DNA of 64,000 nt from a virus, in the IMG/VR virus record IMGVR_UViG_3300039159_000275, positions 4,389 to 68,388 of that record; one strand, 5' to 3'. Below, in pieces: positions 9,813 through 20,025 of the stretch. Both the position numbers and the translations under genes were made by a program. Numbering within the stretch: the stretch's first letter is position 1; each line of letters opens with the position of its first letter. The notes beneath the pieces were generated by a model. It saw only the letters and a list, made by a program, of their open reading frames with translations. It did no database searches and was not told the origin of the DNA.

Positions 9813-10889
9813 ATGAACATTTTTCATAATACAAACGTAATTCTAGTATATGGCAATTCTGGCAACGGTAAAACAACTACAGCTATAAAAATAAAAGATT
9901 TAGATCAATATAATAAAGTTATTCATACTGATGGGATTTTTCTATATGAAAATTCACCGCAGCTTATAGATCTATATTTTAAATCAAATCAAGATGTTAG
10001 TTGTGCTGCTAGATCAGAGGAATTTTTATATTATAAACATATTTACATTTTTGCTATTATACAGGAAATAGAACAAATATTAAAATCAACATCTTATGTT
10101 TCAAATATTATAATCGAAGGATATGCATTAATGTTTTGTTTAAAAGAAATAACAGATTTTTTTAATAAAAGAGATTTAAGAATATATTTATTAGAAATGA
10201 TAAATTTTAATATTTTCATAGATCAAAAAGAAATTACATTTAATGAATTTCAAAATGTTTTATACAGTAAAGAAGTATTAAACAAATCAAATTATCAAAG
10301 TTTTGATTTTTTAAATGATATTGTAAAAGACAGTTCATCTTTAAATAAATTTATTTTGTCTGGTTTAGATAAAATAAATCTAAATGATAAAGTATTAGTA
10401 GATTTTGGTTGTAATTGTGGATATTTTTTATTTAAATTGAAGGATAAAAACTGTAAATTGATTGGTGTTGATGTATCTAAAGATGTATTAAAAATAGCAT
10501 ATGATATAAATAGAAGCTTTATAAAAACTGATAATATTACATTGTATAATATGTCATGTTTTGATTTTACAGAAAAAGTAAATGTTGTTTTTGCTGCTTC
10601 AATGTTTCATTATCTGATTGATCAACAACAACAATTTATTGATCATTGTTATAATATATTAAACATTAATGGTATTCTATTATTAGAAATAGAAGAACAC
10701 ACTGATAATGAGAATATTAACACATTTAAAATAGCTAGAAGAGATGGTGAATCTTGTTTAAATTATCCAAACGAAAAAAAAATTCATCAAATGATTCATC
10801 GAAAGTTTTATGTTAAAAGCAAAACCATTTCTTCACATCAATCCGGAAGTTTTTTTAATAGATATTTTTACCATTTAATAAAATTATAA
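9813..10889 (+). CDS. P-loop kinase-like domain fused to a class I SAM methyltransferase
   Basis: N-terminal YGNSGNGKTT Walker A; C-terminal LVDFGCNCGYF and IGVDVS. Confidence 0.75.
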   Translation: MNIFHNTNVILVYGNSGNGKTTTAIKIKDLDQYNKVIHTDGIFLYENSPQLIDLYFKSNQDVSCAARSEEFLYYKHIYIFAIIQEIEQILKSTSYVSNIIIEGYALMFCLKEITDFFNKRDLRIYLLEMINFNIFIDQKEITFNEFQNVLYSKEVLNKSNYQSFDFLNDIVKDSSSLNKFILSGLDKINLNDKVLVDFGCNCGYFLFKLKDKNCKLIGVDVSKDVLKIAYDINRSFIKTDNITLYNMSCFDFTEKVNVVFAASMFHYLIDQQQQFIDHCYNILNINGILLLEIEEHTDNENINTFKIARRDGESCLNYPNEKKIHQMIHRKFYVKSKTISSHQSGSFFNRYFYHLIKL

Positions 10890-10903
10890 AACAATAATAA
10901 TTA

Positions 10904-11554
10904 ATGTTACTAAAAGAATATTTTGATCATATTTACTGTATAAATTTAGACAGAAGACCGGATAAATGGAAAAACTGTTTACTTGAATTTGAAAAACACG
11001 ATATAGTAGTAGAACGAATTACTGCTATTGATGGAAATCCAAATAATGAAATAAAAAACGAAATAAAAGAACCATATGTTTATAAACCTGGAATAATAGG
11101 TTGTGCATTATCACATTTAAAAATAGTTAAAGATGCATTAGAAAATAATTATAAAAATATTTTAATATTAGAAGATGATATAGTATTTGAAGAAGAAGTT
11201 AATTATAAATTTTCGGAATATATCAATAAAATACCATTAGATTGGCAACTTTTATATTTTGGCGGAAATCATTTAGGAGAACATTTTACTGAAATAAATG
11301 ATAATGTTTTTAAAATAACTAACACATATACAACACATTGTATTGGTATGAAAAATGAATTTTTTAAAAAATTCATTGCTCGTGTGGAATTATCAATCGA
11401 TTATCCAATTGATGTTATATATGCAGAGTTACAAAAATCAAATTCTGCATATTGCTTTAAACCACATTTAGCATGGCAAAGAAAAGGTTTTTCTGATATT
11501 GATAATGCATATGTTGATTATGATATAATTATAAAAGAATTTAAAGCTAATTAA
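10904..11554 (+). CDS. glycosyltransferase family 25
   Basis: IYCINLDRRPDKW, ITAIDG, GCALSH, ILILEDD. Confidence 0.9.
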   Translation: MLLKEYFDHIYCINLDRRPDKWKNCLLEFEKHDIVVERITAIDGNPNNEIKNEIKEPYVYKPGIIGCALSHLKIVKDALENNYKNILILEDDIVFEEEVNYKFSEYINKIPLDWQLLYFGGNHLGEHFTEINDNVFKITNTYTTHCIGMKNEFFKKFIARVELSIDYPIDVIYAELQKSNSAYCFKPHLAWQRKGFSDIDNAYVDYDIIIKEFKAN

Positions 11555-11559
11555 AAAAT

Positions 11560-12384
11560 ATGTATTATTTACAAACAATATTTGCACCCAATAATAACCA
11601 ATTAAATAGAAATATTGCATCAATTAAAAGTCTTGATGCATATTTGAAAAAATATCCATATCCAGTTATTTTAATATGTGGTGGTTGGTGTGAATCCGAA
11701 GAATATTGGGATAAAATCATTACATGTTTAAATGAAACAACAAGCTTTAAAAGTCATTATTTTAAATTTAATGAAAATAAAGGAAAATCCTTTACAATTA
11801 ATTTTTTGTTTGATAATTTTTTAAAATCAAGTTCTGAAAAATATTTTTTAACTGCTGATTCAGACATATGTTTTGATTTAAATGTTTATAATTTTTTTGA
11901 ACGATTAGAAGAAGCTCCTAAACATATAGAAAGAATAACAAATAAATCTTTTGGTATGATAGCATTAAATCAAACACAAATGAGCTGTCATGTTTATGAA
12001 AATTTAAAAATAAATCATGAGTACAGCAATTCATTTAATGAAGAAGAAATAATCATTTCTTCTTCTAATACATCAGGTATAGCAGGTGGTTGCTTATACA
12101 CATCAACTGCTGCTTGGAAAAAAATAAACGGATATAGATTAATTCACATTTATGGTGGAGACGATGGCTATTATGCATATGACAATTATGTAAATAACTT
12201 TAGTTGTGATGTATTATTAACATTGTCAATTATACATCCTTTTGATACAGATAAAGATTATCAACAATGGAAAAGCGATCAAATTAAAATGATTCAAAAT
12301 GCTGGTGGACATAATAGATTAGTTGATGAATATTTAAAAAGTAATATAATTTCAACTGATTTTTGGAAAAATAAACCTAAATAA
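11560..12384 (+). CDS. putative GT-A fold glycosyltransferase
   Basis: ENKGKS, FLTADSD (DxD), AGGCL...WKKINGY...YGGDDG. Confidence 0.65.
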   Translation: MYYLQTIFAPNNNQLNRNIASIKSLDAYLKKYPYPVILICGGWCESEEYWDKIITCLNETTSFKSHYFKFNENKGKSFTINFLFDNFLKSSSEKYFLTADSDICFDLNVYNFFERLEEAPKHIERITNKSFGMIALNQTQMSCHVYENLKINHEYSNSFNEEEIIISSSNTSGIAGGCLYTSTAAWKKINGYRLIHIYGGDDGYYAYDNYVNNFSCDVLLTLSIIHPFDTDKDYQQWKSDQIKMIQNAGGHNRLVDEYLKSNIISTDFWKNKPK

Positions 12385-12421
12385 TAATTTTACAAAGACT
12401 ATAAAAACAAATAGATAATTG

Positions 12422-14491
12422 ATGCGACTATGTCTTTTTTCAAGTTATTCAGAAAAGAACACTATTGACAATTATATAAAATATTATATTAAAGAACTAA
12501 GTAATCATTTTGATAAGATTATTTTTATTACTAATCATCGTCAAATAGATATAGAAGATACTAAGTTTTTAAATGAAAATAATATCGTTTTAAAGTTAGT
12601 TGAAAATAAAGGTTATGACTTTGGTATGTATTATCATGTGATTAAAGATTTAGATGTTAAAGACATTCAAATATTAGGATTGGTTAATGATAGTTGTATT
12701 CTTTTTAAACGTTTAGATAATTTTTTTACATGGTTTAACAATCAGAAAATAGATTTAGGTGGATTTACTGATTCAATTACATATCAAAAACATATTCAAT
12801 CATATTTTTGGGTCTTTAAGAAAAGAGTTATTCATTTTGTAAAAGACTATTTTCTTAAACATGGTATTATTGAAAATGTTGCTGATTTAATTCTAACATA
12901 TGAATTAGGTTTTTGTAAGCATTTATTGGATAACGATTTTAAAATAGCTGCATTATATAATCAAAAACTGTTTGATAATTATGATGGAAATATGTCAACT
13001 GAGATAGTTGAAAAACTTTTAGAAAAAGGTATTCCTTTAATTAAAAGAAAAGTTATTTATAAACATTTTAGAGCAGACGAAGTTTCTTATTTACAACATA
13101 AAAATATTGATTTTAATAAAGATTATAAAACATTGCTTTATTTATATGGTGATAAACCCATTTTAGATTATGTTCTGCAATCCCATCGTTTAAAAATTTA
13201 TCAAATTTATTATGATGTTGAACAGATTAAACAACTTTCACCAAACACAATGCCTTTTTATAACTCAAAATTGTCAGTATATTTTGAAAATGATTTATTA
13301 AAAGATTTTTATTACAATAATAAAATAGATTCAGATTATTTTGGCATTTTATCCTGGAGATTTAATTCTAAAAATGGTTTTACATTTTCACCAGAAATGA
13401 TAGACGGTGATTATGATGCATATGTTTTTGAAGGATTAATACAATCACATGATGTTTTTTATGACTCTGTTAGATGTCATCCATATTTCATGGACATATT
13501 TAAAAAAGTGTTACAGCATCTTAAAATAGATGTAACAATTAAACCAATGTTGGGGTTATATCAAAATTCAATTATTGCAAAGCAATCTGTTTTTAAAAAA
13601 TATATGGAAGAATATTTACTTCCAACAATGGATTTTTTAAACAATATGGATAAGAAATTTCCAGAATTAAATCAAAAGCTTTGGGCAGATGCTAAATATA
13701 AATATGATCCAGCTTTAACCGAAAGATTACATCAACAAACTGGTAAACCATATTACACTTATCATACGTTTATTTGTGAACGTCTTTGGTCAGTATATTG
13801 TTTAGTTAATGATTTAAAATTAAAAATTGTAACAACAAATAATAAAACATCACTAATATCATTAGTTCAAGGAAAGTCTGCTCCATTACTATATGTTGAA
13901 ACTGGATCTATTGTAGAAGAAATTAAAAAACCTATAACAATTCATTCGCCTACTATCATAGATAAAACAAAGGAACATGCTATTTGCATTTTTCATACAT
14001 CGGATTGTCATAGTTTAGAAAAAATAAATCAACAAAACACAATATACGATTTTTATTTAACATCATTTGATAATTTAGATATTTCAAAATGGCATAAATC
14101 ATTTAAAAAACATAAAATAATGTCTCAAAATATTATAGCAGATGTTGAATCAAGAATCACTAAACAGAGTCTAGCAAATGTATATGCAGCAAGTGCTGTT
14201 AGTCAATTAATTATTGAACAAGAAAACATTTCTAAACAAAAGTATAAAACTATAGTAATGTGTAGCAGTTTATCTGGTCTTGGCAATTTAATAGATTTTC
14301 ATAAATTGAAAATGAATACTAACACAATATATGTTAAAAAAGGAAATCAAAAATATTGGTTTGGAAAAGCTGATGTAATGTCTGTTTTTGTTAATTTTTT
14401 TACAGAACATAAATTTTTCTCAGATGGAGCTATTGAAGAAATTATTGTTCAATTTGCTTTAAGAAGAAATATAAAAATTATTGAATGTTAA
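12422..14491 (+). CDS. multidomain glycan-synthesis protein with an RgpF-like N-terminal domain
   Basis: VENKGYDFGMY, LVNDS, HIQSYF, YELGF resemble rhamnan synthesis F-like domains; second domain KIYQIYY...TFICERL. Confidence 0.6.
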   Translation: MRLCLFSSYSEKNTIDNYIKYYIKELSNHFDKIIFITNHRQIDIEDTKFLNENNIVLKLVENKGYDFGMYYHVIKDLDVKDIQILGLVNDSCILFKRLDNFFTWFNNQKIDLGGFTDSITYQKHIQSYFWVFKKRVIHFVKDYFLKHGIIENVADLILTYELGFCKHLLDNDFKIAALYNQKLFDNYDGNMSTEIVEKLLEKGIPLIKRKVIYKHFRADEVSYLQHKNIDFNKDYKTLLYLYGDKPILDYVLQSHRLKIYQIYYDVEQIKQLSPNTMPFYNSKLSVYFENDLLKDFYYNNKIDSDYFGILSWRFNSKNGFTFSPEMIDGDYDAYVFEGLIQSHDVFYDSVRCHPYFMDIFKKVLQHLKIDVTIKPMLGLYQNSIIAKQSVFKKYMEEYLLPTMDFLNNMDKKFPELNQKLWADAKYKYDPALTERLHQQTGKPYYTYHTFICERLWSVYCLVNDLKLKIVTTNNKTSLISLVQGKSAPLLYVETGSIVEEIKKPITIHSPTIIDKTKEHAICIFHTSDCHSLEKINQQNTIYDFYLTSFDNLDISKWHKSFKKHKIMSQNIIADVESRITKQSLANVYAASAVSQLIIEQENISKQKYKTIVMCSSLSGLGNLIDFHKLKMNTNTIYVKKGNQKYWFGKADVMSVFVNFFTEHKFFSDGAIEEIIVQFALRRNIKIIEC

Positions 14492-15366
14492 AAAATATTA
14501 TGAAAGTTTTAATAGGTTGTATTTTTTTTAGAGATTATACTGGCTCAGAGCTATACGTTTATGAGTTAGCAATTAAATTAATAACATTGGGTTGTGAAGT
14601 ACATGTTATAACAGCTCATTTGGGTGGACCTTTGACTGATCAAGCAATTAAAAATGGCATATATGTACACCATTTATCAAATGCACCTGATATTGAATTT
14701 GATATAATTCATACTCAGCATGTACCAATTACTGAAAATTTAATAGCAATATATCCAAACATTCCTAAAATAACAACAATTCATTCCGAAATTATTGATT
14801 TGGAAAGACCTGTTCTTCATCCAACTATACATCGATTTATAGCAATTAGACCTGAAATAAAAGAGTATTTAAAAAACTTTAACATACTTCAAGAAAATAT
14901 TCAAGTCATTTATAACCCAATTGATGAAACAAGATTCTTTAAAAAAGAATTACCATCTGAGAATTTTATATTATTTGTTGGCTCTTTAGAAAGTTTAAGA
15001 AGAAATGCTATATTTGAAACGTCTAAATATGCAGAAGAAAATGGTAAAGAACTTTGGATAGTTGGAAAGAATCATTCAAATTATTTAAACGAGTTGTTGC
15101 AAAAACAACATGTTAAATTTATAAACGTAGTACAAAATGTTGAAGAATATGTTCATCGTTGTGATGAAACATCTGGAATATTATTAGGAAGAACAACCAT
15201 TGAAGGTTGGATGTGTAATAAACCAGGTTGGATATATTCGGTTAATTCTCAAGGTGCTATTTTAGATAAACAAAAATATGAAGTTCCTTTAGATGTTGAA
15301 AAATATCACGCGATAAATGTAGCAAAATCAATTAAAAAAATATATGAAGAAGTAATTTTATTATGA
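14485..15366 (+). CDS. GT4-like (GT-B fold) glycosyltransferase
   Basis: TGSELYVYELA, DIIHTQH, VIYNPIDETRF, ILFVGSL, GRTTIEG; start may be ATG 14500. Confidence 0.8.
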   Translation: MLKNIMKVLIGCIFFRDYTGSELYVYELAIKLITLGCEVHVITAHLGGPLTDQAIKNGIYVHHLSNAPDIEFDIIHTQHVPITENLIAIYPNIPKITTIHSEIIDLERPVLHPTIHRFIAIRPEIKEYLKNFNILQENIQVIYNPIDETRFFKKELPSENFILFVGSLESLRRNAIFETSKYAEENGKELWIVGKNHSNYLNELLQKQHVKFINVVQNVEEYVHRCDETSGILLGRTTIEGWMCNKPGWIYSVNSQGAILDKQKYEVPLDVEKYHAINVAKSIKKIYEEVILL

Positions 15367-16076
15367 TTATTTTAACAACACTTTATAATTGTGAAACATA
15401 TATCGAAAGAGCTCTTAAAACTATAAAGTCTCAAACATATACTAATTTCAAATGTTATATTTTAGATGATTTATCAACTGATAATTCAGTGCGTGTAGCA
15501 AAAGCATTTATACAAAATGATGATCGTTTTATTTTAGTAACAAATACTGTTAAAATGTATCAACCTGGTAATTATGATCAAATTATTAGAAATTTATCAA
15601 ATGATGAAATTTGCGTAGAAGTTGATGGTGATGATTATTTACCAGACAATCAAGTTTTTGAAAGAATTAAAAAAGTTTATGATGATCAGTCTATTTGGCT
15701 AGCAAATGGTAATTTTATTTATCATGATGGTAGACAAGGTTTTGCAAAAGAACCATCATCGTTTGAAAACATTAGAAATTTAGTGCCATTTTCTTTATCA
15801 CATATTAGAACGTGGAAAGCTTTTTTATGGAATAAAATTCGTCAAGAAGATTTAAAAGATTCGATAGGTAACTATTGGCAAGTGGCAGGTGATTTAGCTT
15901 TTATGTTTCCAATGTTTGAAATGGCTGGACGAGAACATTATAAATTCCTACAAGAGATTAATTATATTTACAATGAGGCCAATCCATTAAATGATCATAA
16001 AGTCAATATGACAAATGTTAATCGAATAGTTTCAATAATTAGAAACATGCCTCCTTATCAAAAACTTGTGTTATAA
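15363..16076 (+). CDS. glycosyltransferase family 2
   Basis: TTLYNCETYIERAL, ILDDLSTDNS, VEVDGDD. Confidence 0.9.
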   Translation: MIILTTLYNCETYIERALKTIKSQTYTNFKCYILDDLSTDNSVRVAKAFIQNDDRFILVTNTVKMYQPGNYDQIIRNLSNDEICVEVDGDDYLPDNQVFERIKKVYDDQSIWLANGNFIYHDGRQGFAKEPSSFENIRNLVPFSLSHIRTWKAFLWNKIRQEDLKDSIGNYWQVAGDLAFMFPMFEMAGREHYKFLQEINYIYNEANPLNDHKVNMTNVNRIVSIIRNMPPYQKLVL

Positions 16077-16403
16077 TTTTTTAATCTCACTTTCATAATT
16101 ATATTTGTTTAAAAATTAATTTATGATATACAAGTTAATACGATTATAATTGTTCTTTAAATAAACACTAAACTTAATGGCAAAAACAGAAAAACAAAAC
16201 TTTTCGGAAGTGACTACACAAGACCTAAAAAAGGTGCACCAAAAGTAAGACCAGCACATCAACAACCAAAGAAGTAATGCAAGACCTTCTATAACTCATT
16301 GATTATCAAATATTTAAATTTTTATTTGAAATATGTCAAGGAAATGGCTAATTTGACAAAAATTTGTATTATATTAGCATAATTATTTAACCATTTGAAT
16401 TCT

Positions 16404-18254
16404 ATGACAGATTACGAACAACATACAGAACAGGAACTTTTGGACCTCTATAATCAAGCTAAAGAAGCTTATTATGGTACAGAAGAACCAATCATGACAG
16501 ATGTTGAATTTGATAATTTAGAACAATATTTAATCGCAGAATACGATCTGCAAAAGCATGTTGGAATGCTTACTGAAACAGGTAAAAAAATTAAACATTG
16601 GAATCAAATGCTATCACTTGCTAAAGTGAAAATTGGTGATGATGGTTTTACAGACGAAAATAAAGTTGCTTTAGAAAAACATCTTAAAAGTAGTAACGAT
16701 ATTATAAATTATCGAATTTCGGTAAAGCTTGATGGTTTAGCAATGGATTGTTCTTATTCAAAAGGAAAACTTTTAACAATTGCAACTCGCGGAACTGGTG
16801 AACAAGGTGCAGATGTTACTGAAAAATTCCGTTCAAGAGTTCCTGAAACAATCGATATAAAAGATGACATTTCAATTCGAGTTGAATGTTGTATGTCAAA
16901 ACAAAATTTTGAAAAACATTACGCATCACAATATACACATGCCAGAAATCTTGTATCTGGTATTAAAAACGATTTAAATCCAAATGATCCACGATTGAAG
17001 CATGTAGACTTAATAGCAGTTGATGCAATTTATCGAAATGGAATTGTTGTTTCTTTTGATGATATTAAAAAAAACACTGGTTTCCAAATTGTTGAATTTG
17101 TAACATTTAACAATTTTTCAGAAATTAAAAAAATATACGAAGATTTTAACAAGAGAAGATCTTCTATAGATTATCCAAATGATGGTCTTGTTGTTTTTCG
17201 TAACATCTTAAATGAAATACGAACACATAATGGTCATGATCCAAAAGATGTTATTGCAATTAAATTTCCACCAGAAAAATTTACAACAACTGTTAAAGGT
17301 ATTTATTGGGCACTTTCAAAACATGGAAAATATATTCCAGTTGTTTTATTGAATCCAGTTCGTATCGATGGTCGAATGATTGGAAAAGTTTCAGGATATA
17401 ATTATAGTAACGTTAAATCGTTGGGTATCTCTATAGGAGCAATTGTTGAAATCGCAATCATGGGAGATATTATTCCAGCTGTTAAATCAGTTATTAAACC
17501 ATCAACAGTTGAATTAACAATACCTTTAGATGCAGTTGTTGATGGAGTACATTTAAAAGCAACCGGATCAGAAGAAAAAATGCACCGCGCAAGATTTATT
17601 GCTGGTGTAATAACTTTAGAATTTGATGGAATAGGTAGTTCAGGTGTTGGAAATCTTTTTGATACTATTTCAAATAAAGGTATAAAAGATTTTGATTACA
17701 CCGAAATCTTCAAACCATACGTTGATGAAAATTATTTGCTTTGCATTGGTAATTCTGCTTCAAAAAAGATGTTTAAAAGAATACTTGCAATTAAAAAAGA
17801 AGGAATTCAACTTCGTAAAGTTATTCAAGCACTTGGTTTAACAGGTCTTGGTGAAAGCATGTCTATTCAAGTAGCAAGATATTATTCAAATTTAGAACCA
17901 GATTGGTTTGGTTTAGAAAAGAAAATCATTGAATCTTCATGTAATGGTGAATATTCAATTGCAATTAATAAAGCAATCAACAGTTTAAAAGCATCGGCTG
18001 TGATTTTACATCTCGAAGAAGAGAAAAAAGTAATTGCAAACGAATTTAGATATATGCTTACAGGTTCTCCAAAGAACTTTGGTTTCAAAACAAAAGAAGA
18101 ATTCAAATCAACATTACCATCAAATTGGGTTGAAGTAGATAATTTAAAACAAGCACATATGCTTATTACAGATGATATGGCTTCAATATCATCAAAAATG
18201 AAATCAGCACAGCAATTAAAATTAAAAATACAAACATATGGAGACAAAAATTAA
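16404..18254 (+). CDS. ligA: NAD-dependent DNA ligase
   Basis: YY...PIMTDVEFD, MLSLAK, KLDGLA adenylation motif, TRGTGEQGADVT, DGLV, IAIKFPP, GDIIP, C-terminal BRCT-like LTGS; no obvious C4 zinc finger. Confidence 0.93.
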   Translation: MTDYEQHTEQELLDLYNQAKEAYYGTEEPIMTDVEFDNLEQYLIAEYDLQKHVGMLTETGKKIKHWNQMLSLAKVKIGDDGFTDENKVALEKHLKSSNDIINYRISVKLDGLAMDCSYSKGKLLTIATRGTGEQGADVTEKFRSRVPETIDIKDDISIRVECCMSKQNFEKHYASQYTHARNLVSGIKNDLNPNDPRLKHVDLIAVDAIYRNGIVVSFDDIKKNTGFQIVEFVTFNNFSEIKKIYEDFNKRRSSIDYPNDGLVVFRNILNEIRTHNGHDPKDVIAIKFPPEKFTTTVKGIYWALSKHGKYIPVVLLNPVRIDGRMIGKVSGYNYSNVKSLGISIGAIVEIAIMGDIIPAVKSVIKPSTVELTIPLDAVVDGVHLKATGSEEKMHRARFIAGVITLEFDGIGSSGVGNLFDTISNKGIKDFDYTEIFKPYVDENYLLCIGNSASKKMFKRILAIKKEGIQLRKVIQALGLTGLGESMSIQVARYYSNLEPDWFGLEKKIIESSCNGEYSIAINKAINSLKASAVILHLEEEKKVIANEFRYMLTGSPKNFGFKTKEEFKSTLPSNWVEVDNLKQAHMLITDDMASISSKMKSAQQLKLKIQTYGDKN

Positions 18255-18389
18255 AAATTCAAAAAATGTTACAAGAAGTTATTAGAAGTTATAGCAGGTA
18301 ATAATGTCACGTTTTAAAAATAATTTAGCCTTTTAATTAAACTTTATAAATTTTTTTAGTATTTTTATTAAAATATTACAACAATAATA

Positions 18390-19529
18390 ATGGCAGATAT
18401 AACAGTAATGAAAATTGGTAATCATACCGTAGATTTTTCAAAAGAACAAAATCACAATGCTGAAGAAATCAAAGATTTGATAAAACTATTAGCATCAAAT
18501 AAAGAAAACACCATTCGTTATTACGGCAAAATCAGAGGTAAATTTGACAATGCGCCGTCCAATGTTTTATTACACGATATTGTTAAACCAGAATTTTCAA
18601 ATGCTTCTTTAACTGGCTTAATAGGGCCTCCAATTTTAGATAATGTTTTTTTAATAAATTCTTCGATTAATTTCTTTGGTGGTAAAGACGATCCTTATAC
18701 TTTAAAGACTTTTGATTTAGTTACACATGCTAAAAAAATTACTTTCTATTTTGTTGATTCATTATTAGGTTTTCATACAGATTTGGATATTTCTAAAAGA
18801 GATTGGAAAGATAAATATTCCGATTTACAATTACATGTTCCAGAACAAATTGTAAAAGCAATTACTCATTATTACGATTTTGATGCAGCTCTTAAAAAGA
18901 TTCAAAAAACAAAACGTGATAAAAAATCAATACCTTATTTTACAAAAGATTCAATTCAACATTTTCCAATGTATAAATGGCATTATTTATTAATGCCAGA
19001 AAAAGAAATTAAAGACATATTAAAATACGATCTAACATTTGGTGGTAATCCAAGACACAAACTAAGATTAAATGCAATCGATAAATTTTTACTATCTGCT
19101 AAAAATGTAAATGTTGATTTATTTGGTTCATGTACACCGGAACATTTTAATAAAACTGCTGAAGATATTTCAACAAATGTTAAATTTAACGGTACTATTA
19201 CTTTCAATGAATTAATTGAAAACTATAGCAGTAGCGTTGCAACGGTTTTATTGGCCGATTTAGATTCTGATAAAATGTTTACTGGTAGAATTGGTCATTC
19301 TCCTTTAGCAGGAGTTCCTTTATTGGTTGAACAATCATGTGATCCTAAAAGAATGTTATTTGGTGATATGAATGTTTATTTTACAACCGTTGAAGAATTA
19401 GAAAAATTAACAATTGAATTAAAAAATAATTTAACATATAGAAGAGAAATTGTTGAAAAACAAAGAGCTCTTGTAAAATACACTTGGCAGGAATTAAGAG
19501 AATTTTTTGAAAATGTTATATTAAAATAA
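18390..19529 (+). CDS. bgt: T4 DNA beta-glucosyltransferase homologue
   Basis: INSSINFFGGK matches T4 BGT VNSSINFFGGK as recalled; FYFVD (catalytic Asp region), FGGNPRHKLR (T4 YGGSFRSGQR), VKFNG, TGR and LTYRREIVEKQ are colinear with BGT. Confidence 0.85.
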   Translation: MADITVMKIGNHTVDFSKEQNHNAEEIKDLIKLLASNKENTIRYYGKIRGKFDNAPSNVLLHDIVKPEFSNASLTGLIGPPILDNVFLINSSINFFGGKDDPYTLKTFDLVTHAKKITFYFVDSLLGFHTDLDISKRDWKDKYSDLQLHVPEQIVKAITHYYDFDAALKKIQKTKRDKKSIPYFTKDSIQHFPMYKWHYLLMPEKEIKDILKYDLTFGGNPRHKLRLNAIDKFLLSAKNVNVDLFGSCTPEHFNKTAEDISTNVKFNGTITFNELIENYSSSVATVLLADLDSDKMFTGRIGHSPLAGVPLLVEQSCDPKRMLFGDMNVYFTTVEELEKLTIELKNNLTYRREIVEKQRALVKYTWQELREFFENVILK

Positions 19530-19670
19530 GATACAGAAATTAATCAATAATGTATAAATCACTCACTGTAATCGCGTTAGGTCTATTTAATATTATGCAT
19601 GCTGTACATCATAGAAAACATGCTAAAAAAGACATTAAAAAACCATAACTTAATATCATAACTTAATACC

Positions 19671-19898
19671 ATGCTAAAAAAATTATTAATTGATAACGTT
19701 TCAACCGATTTTTTACTTGGTGTATTATGTTTAATGCTTCTTATAATATCAATATACATTCTATATAAGGTAATTCAAAATGTTAAATGGTGGAATAGAT
19801 CAAAAAAATATGTTAAAGAAAAAATGAAACTAAATGATCTTGTTTACATATCAACATATGAAAAGATTTGGAAATTTATCTGCTGTAATGTTAGATAA
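19671..19898 (+). CDS. small membrane protein
   Basis: 75 aa with one hydrophobic helix (FLLGVLCLMLLIISIYILY). Confidence 0.5.
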   Translation: MLKKLLIDNVSTDFLLGVLCLMLLIISIYILYKVIQNVKWWNRSKKYVKEKMKLNDLVYISTYEKIWKFICCNVR

Positions 19899-20013
19899 TC
19901 ATGGACCAAATATAGCATTTCATCACTCAATTGATCCTTTAGAAGTTATTTCATTTATTGAAGAGAACTTTAATTTATCAGATAAAACAAGTGGATTAGT
20001 AATTTTAAAATAA
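19888..20013 (+). CDS. 41-aa ORF or C-terminal gene remnant
   Basis: MLDNHGPNIAFHHSIDPLEVISFIEENFNLSDKTSGLVILK; the frame is open a few codons upstream of the ATG. Confidence 0.35.
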   Translation: MLDNHGPNIAFHHSIDPLEVISFIEENFNLSDKTSGLVILK

Positions 20014-20025
20014 ATCTTAAATCTT

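Noticed and set aside
1611-16076. Bacterial chromosomal O-antigen locus
   Set aside because: Context includes tail sheath, gp32-like SSB, gp61-like primase and BGT, and no wzx/wzy is visible; a phage origin fits better.
16290-16310. ataactcattgattatcaa as a recombination/att site
   Set aside because: Single half-site, no partner copy or integrase found in the window.
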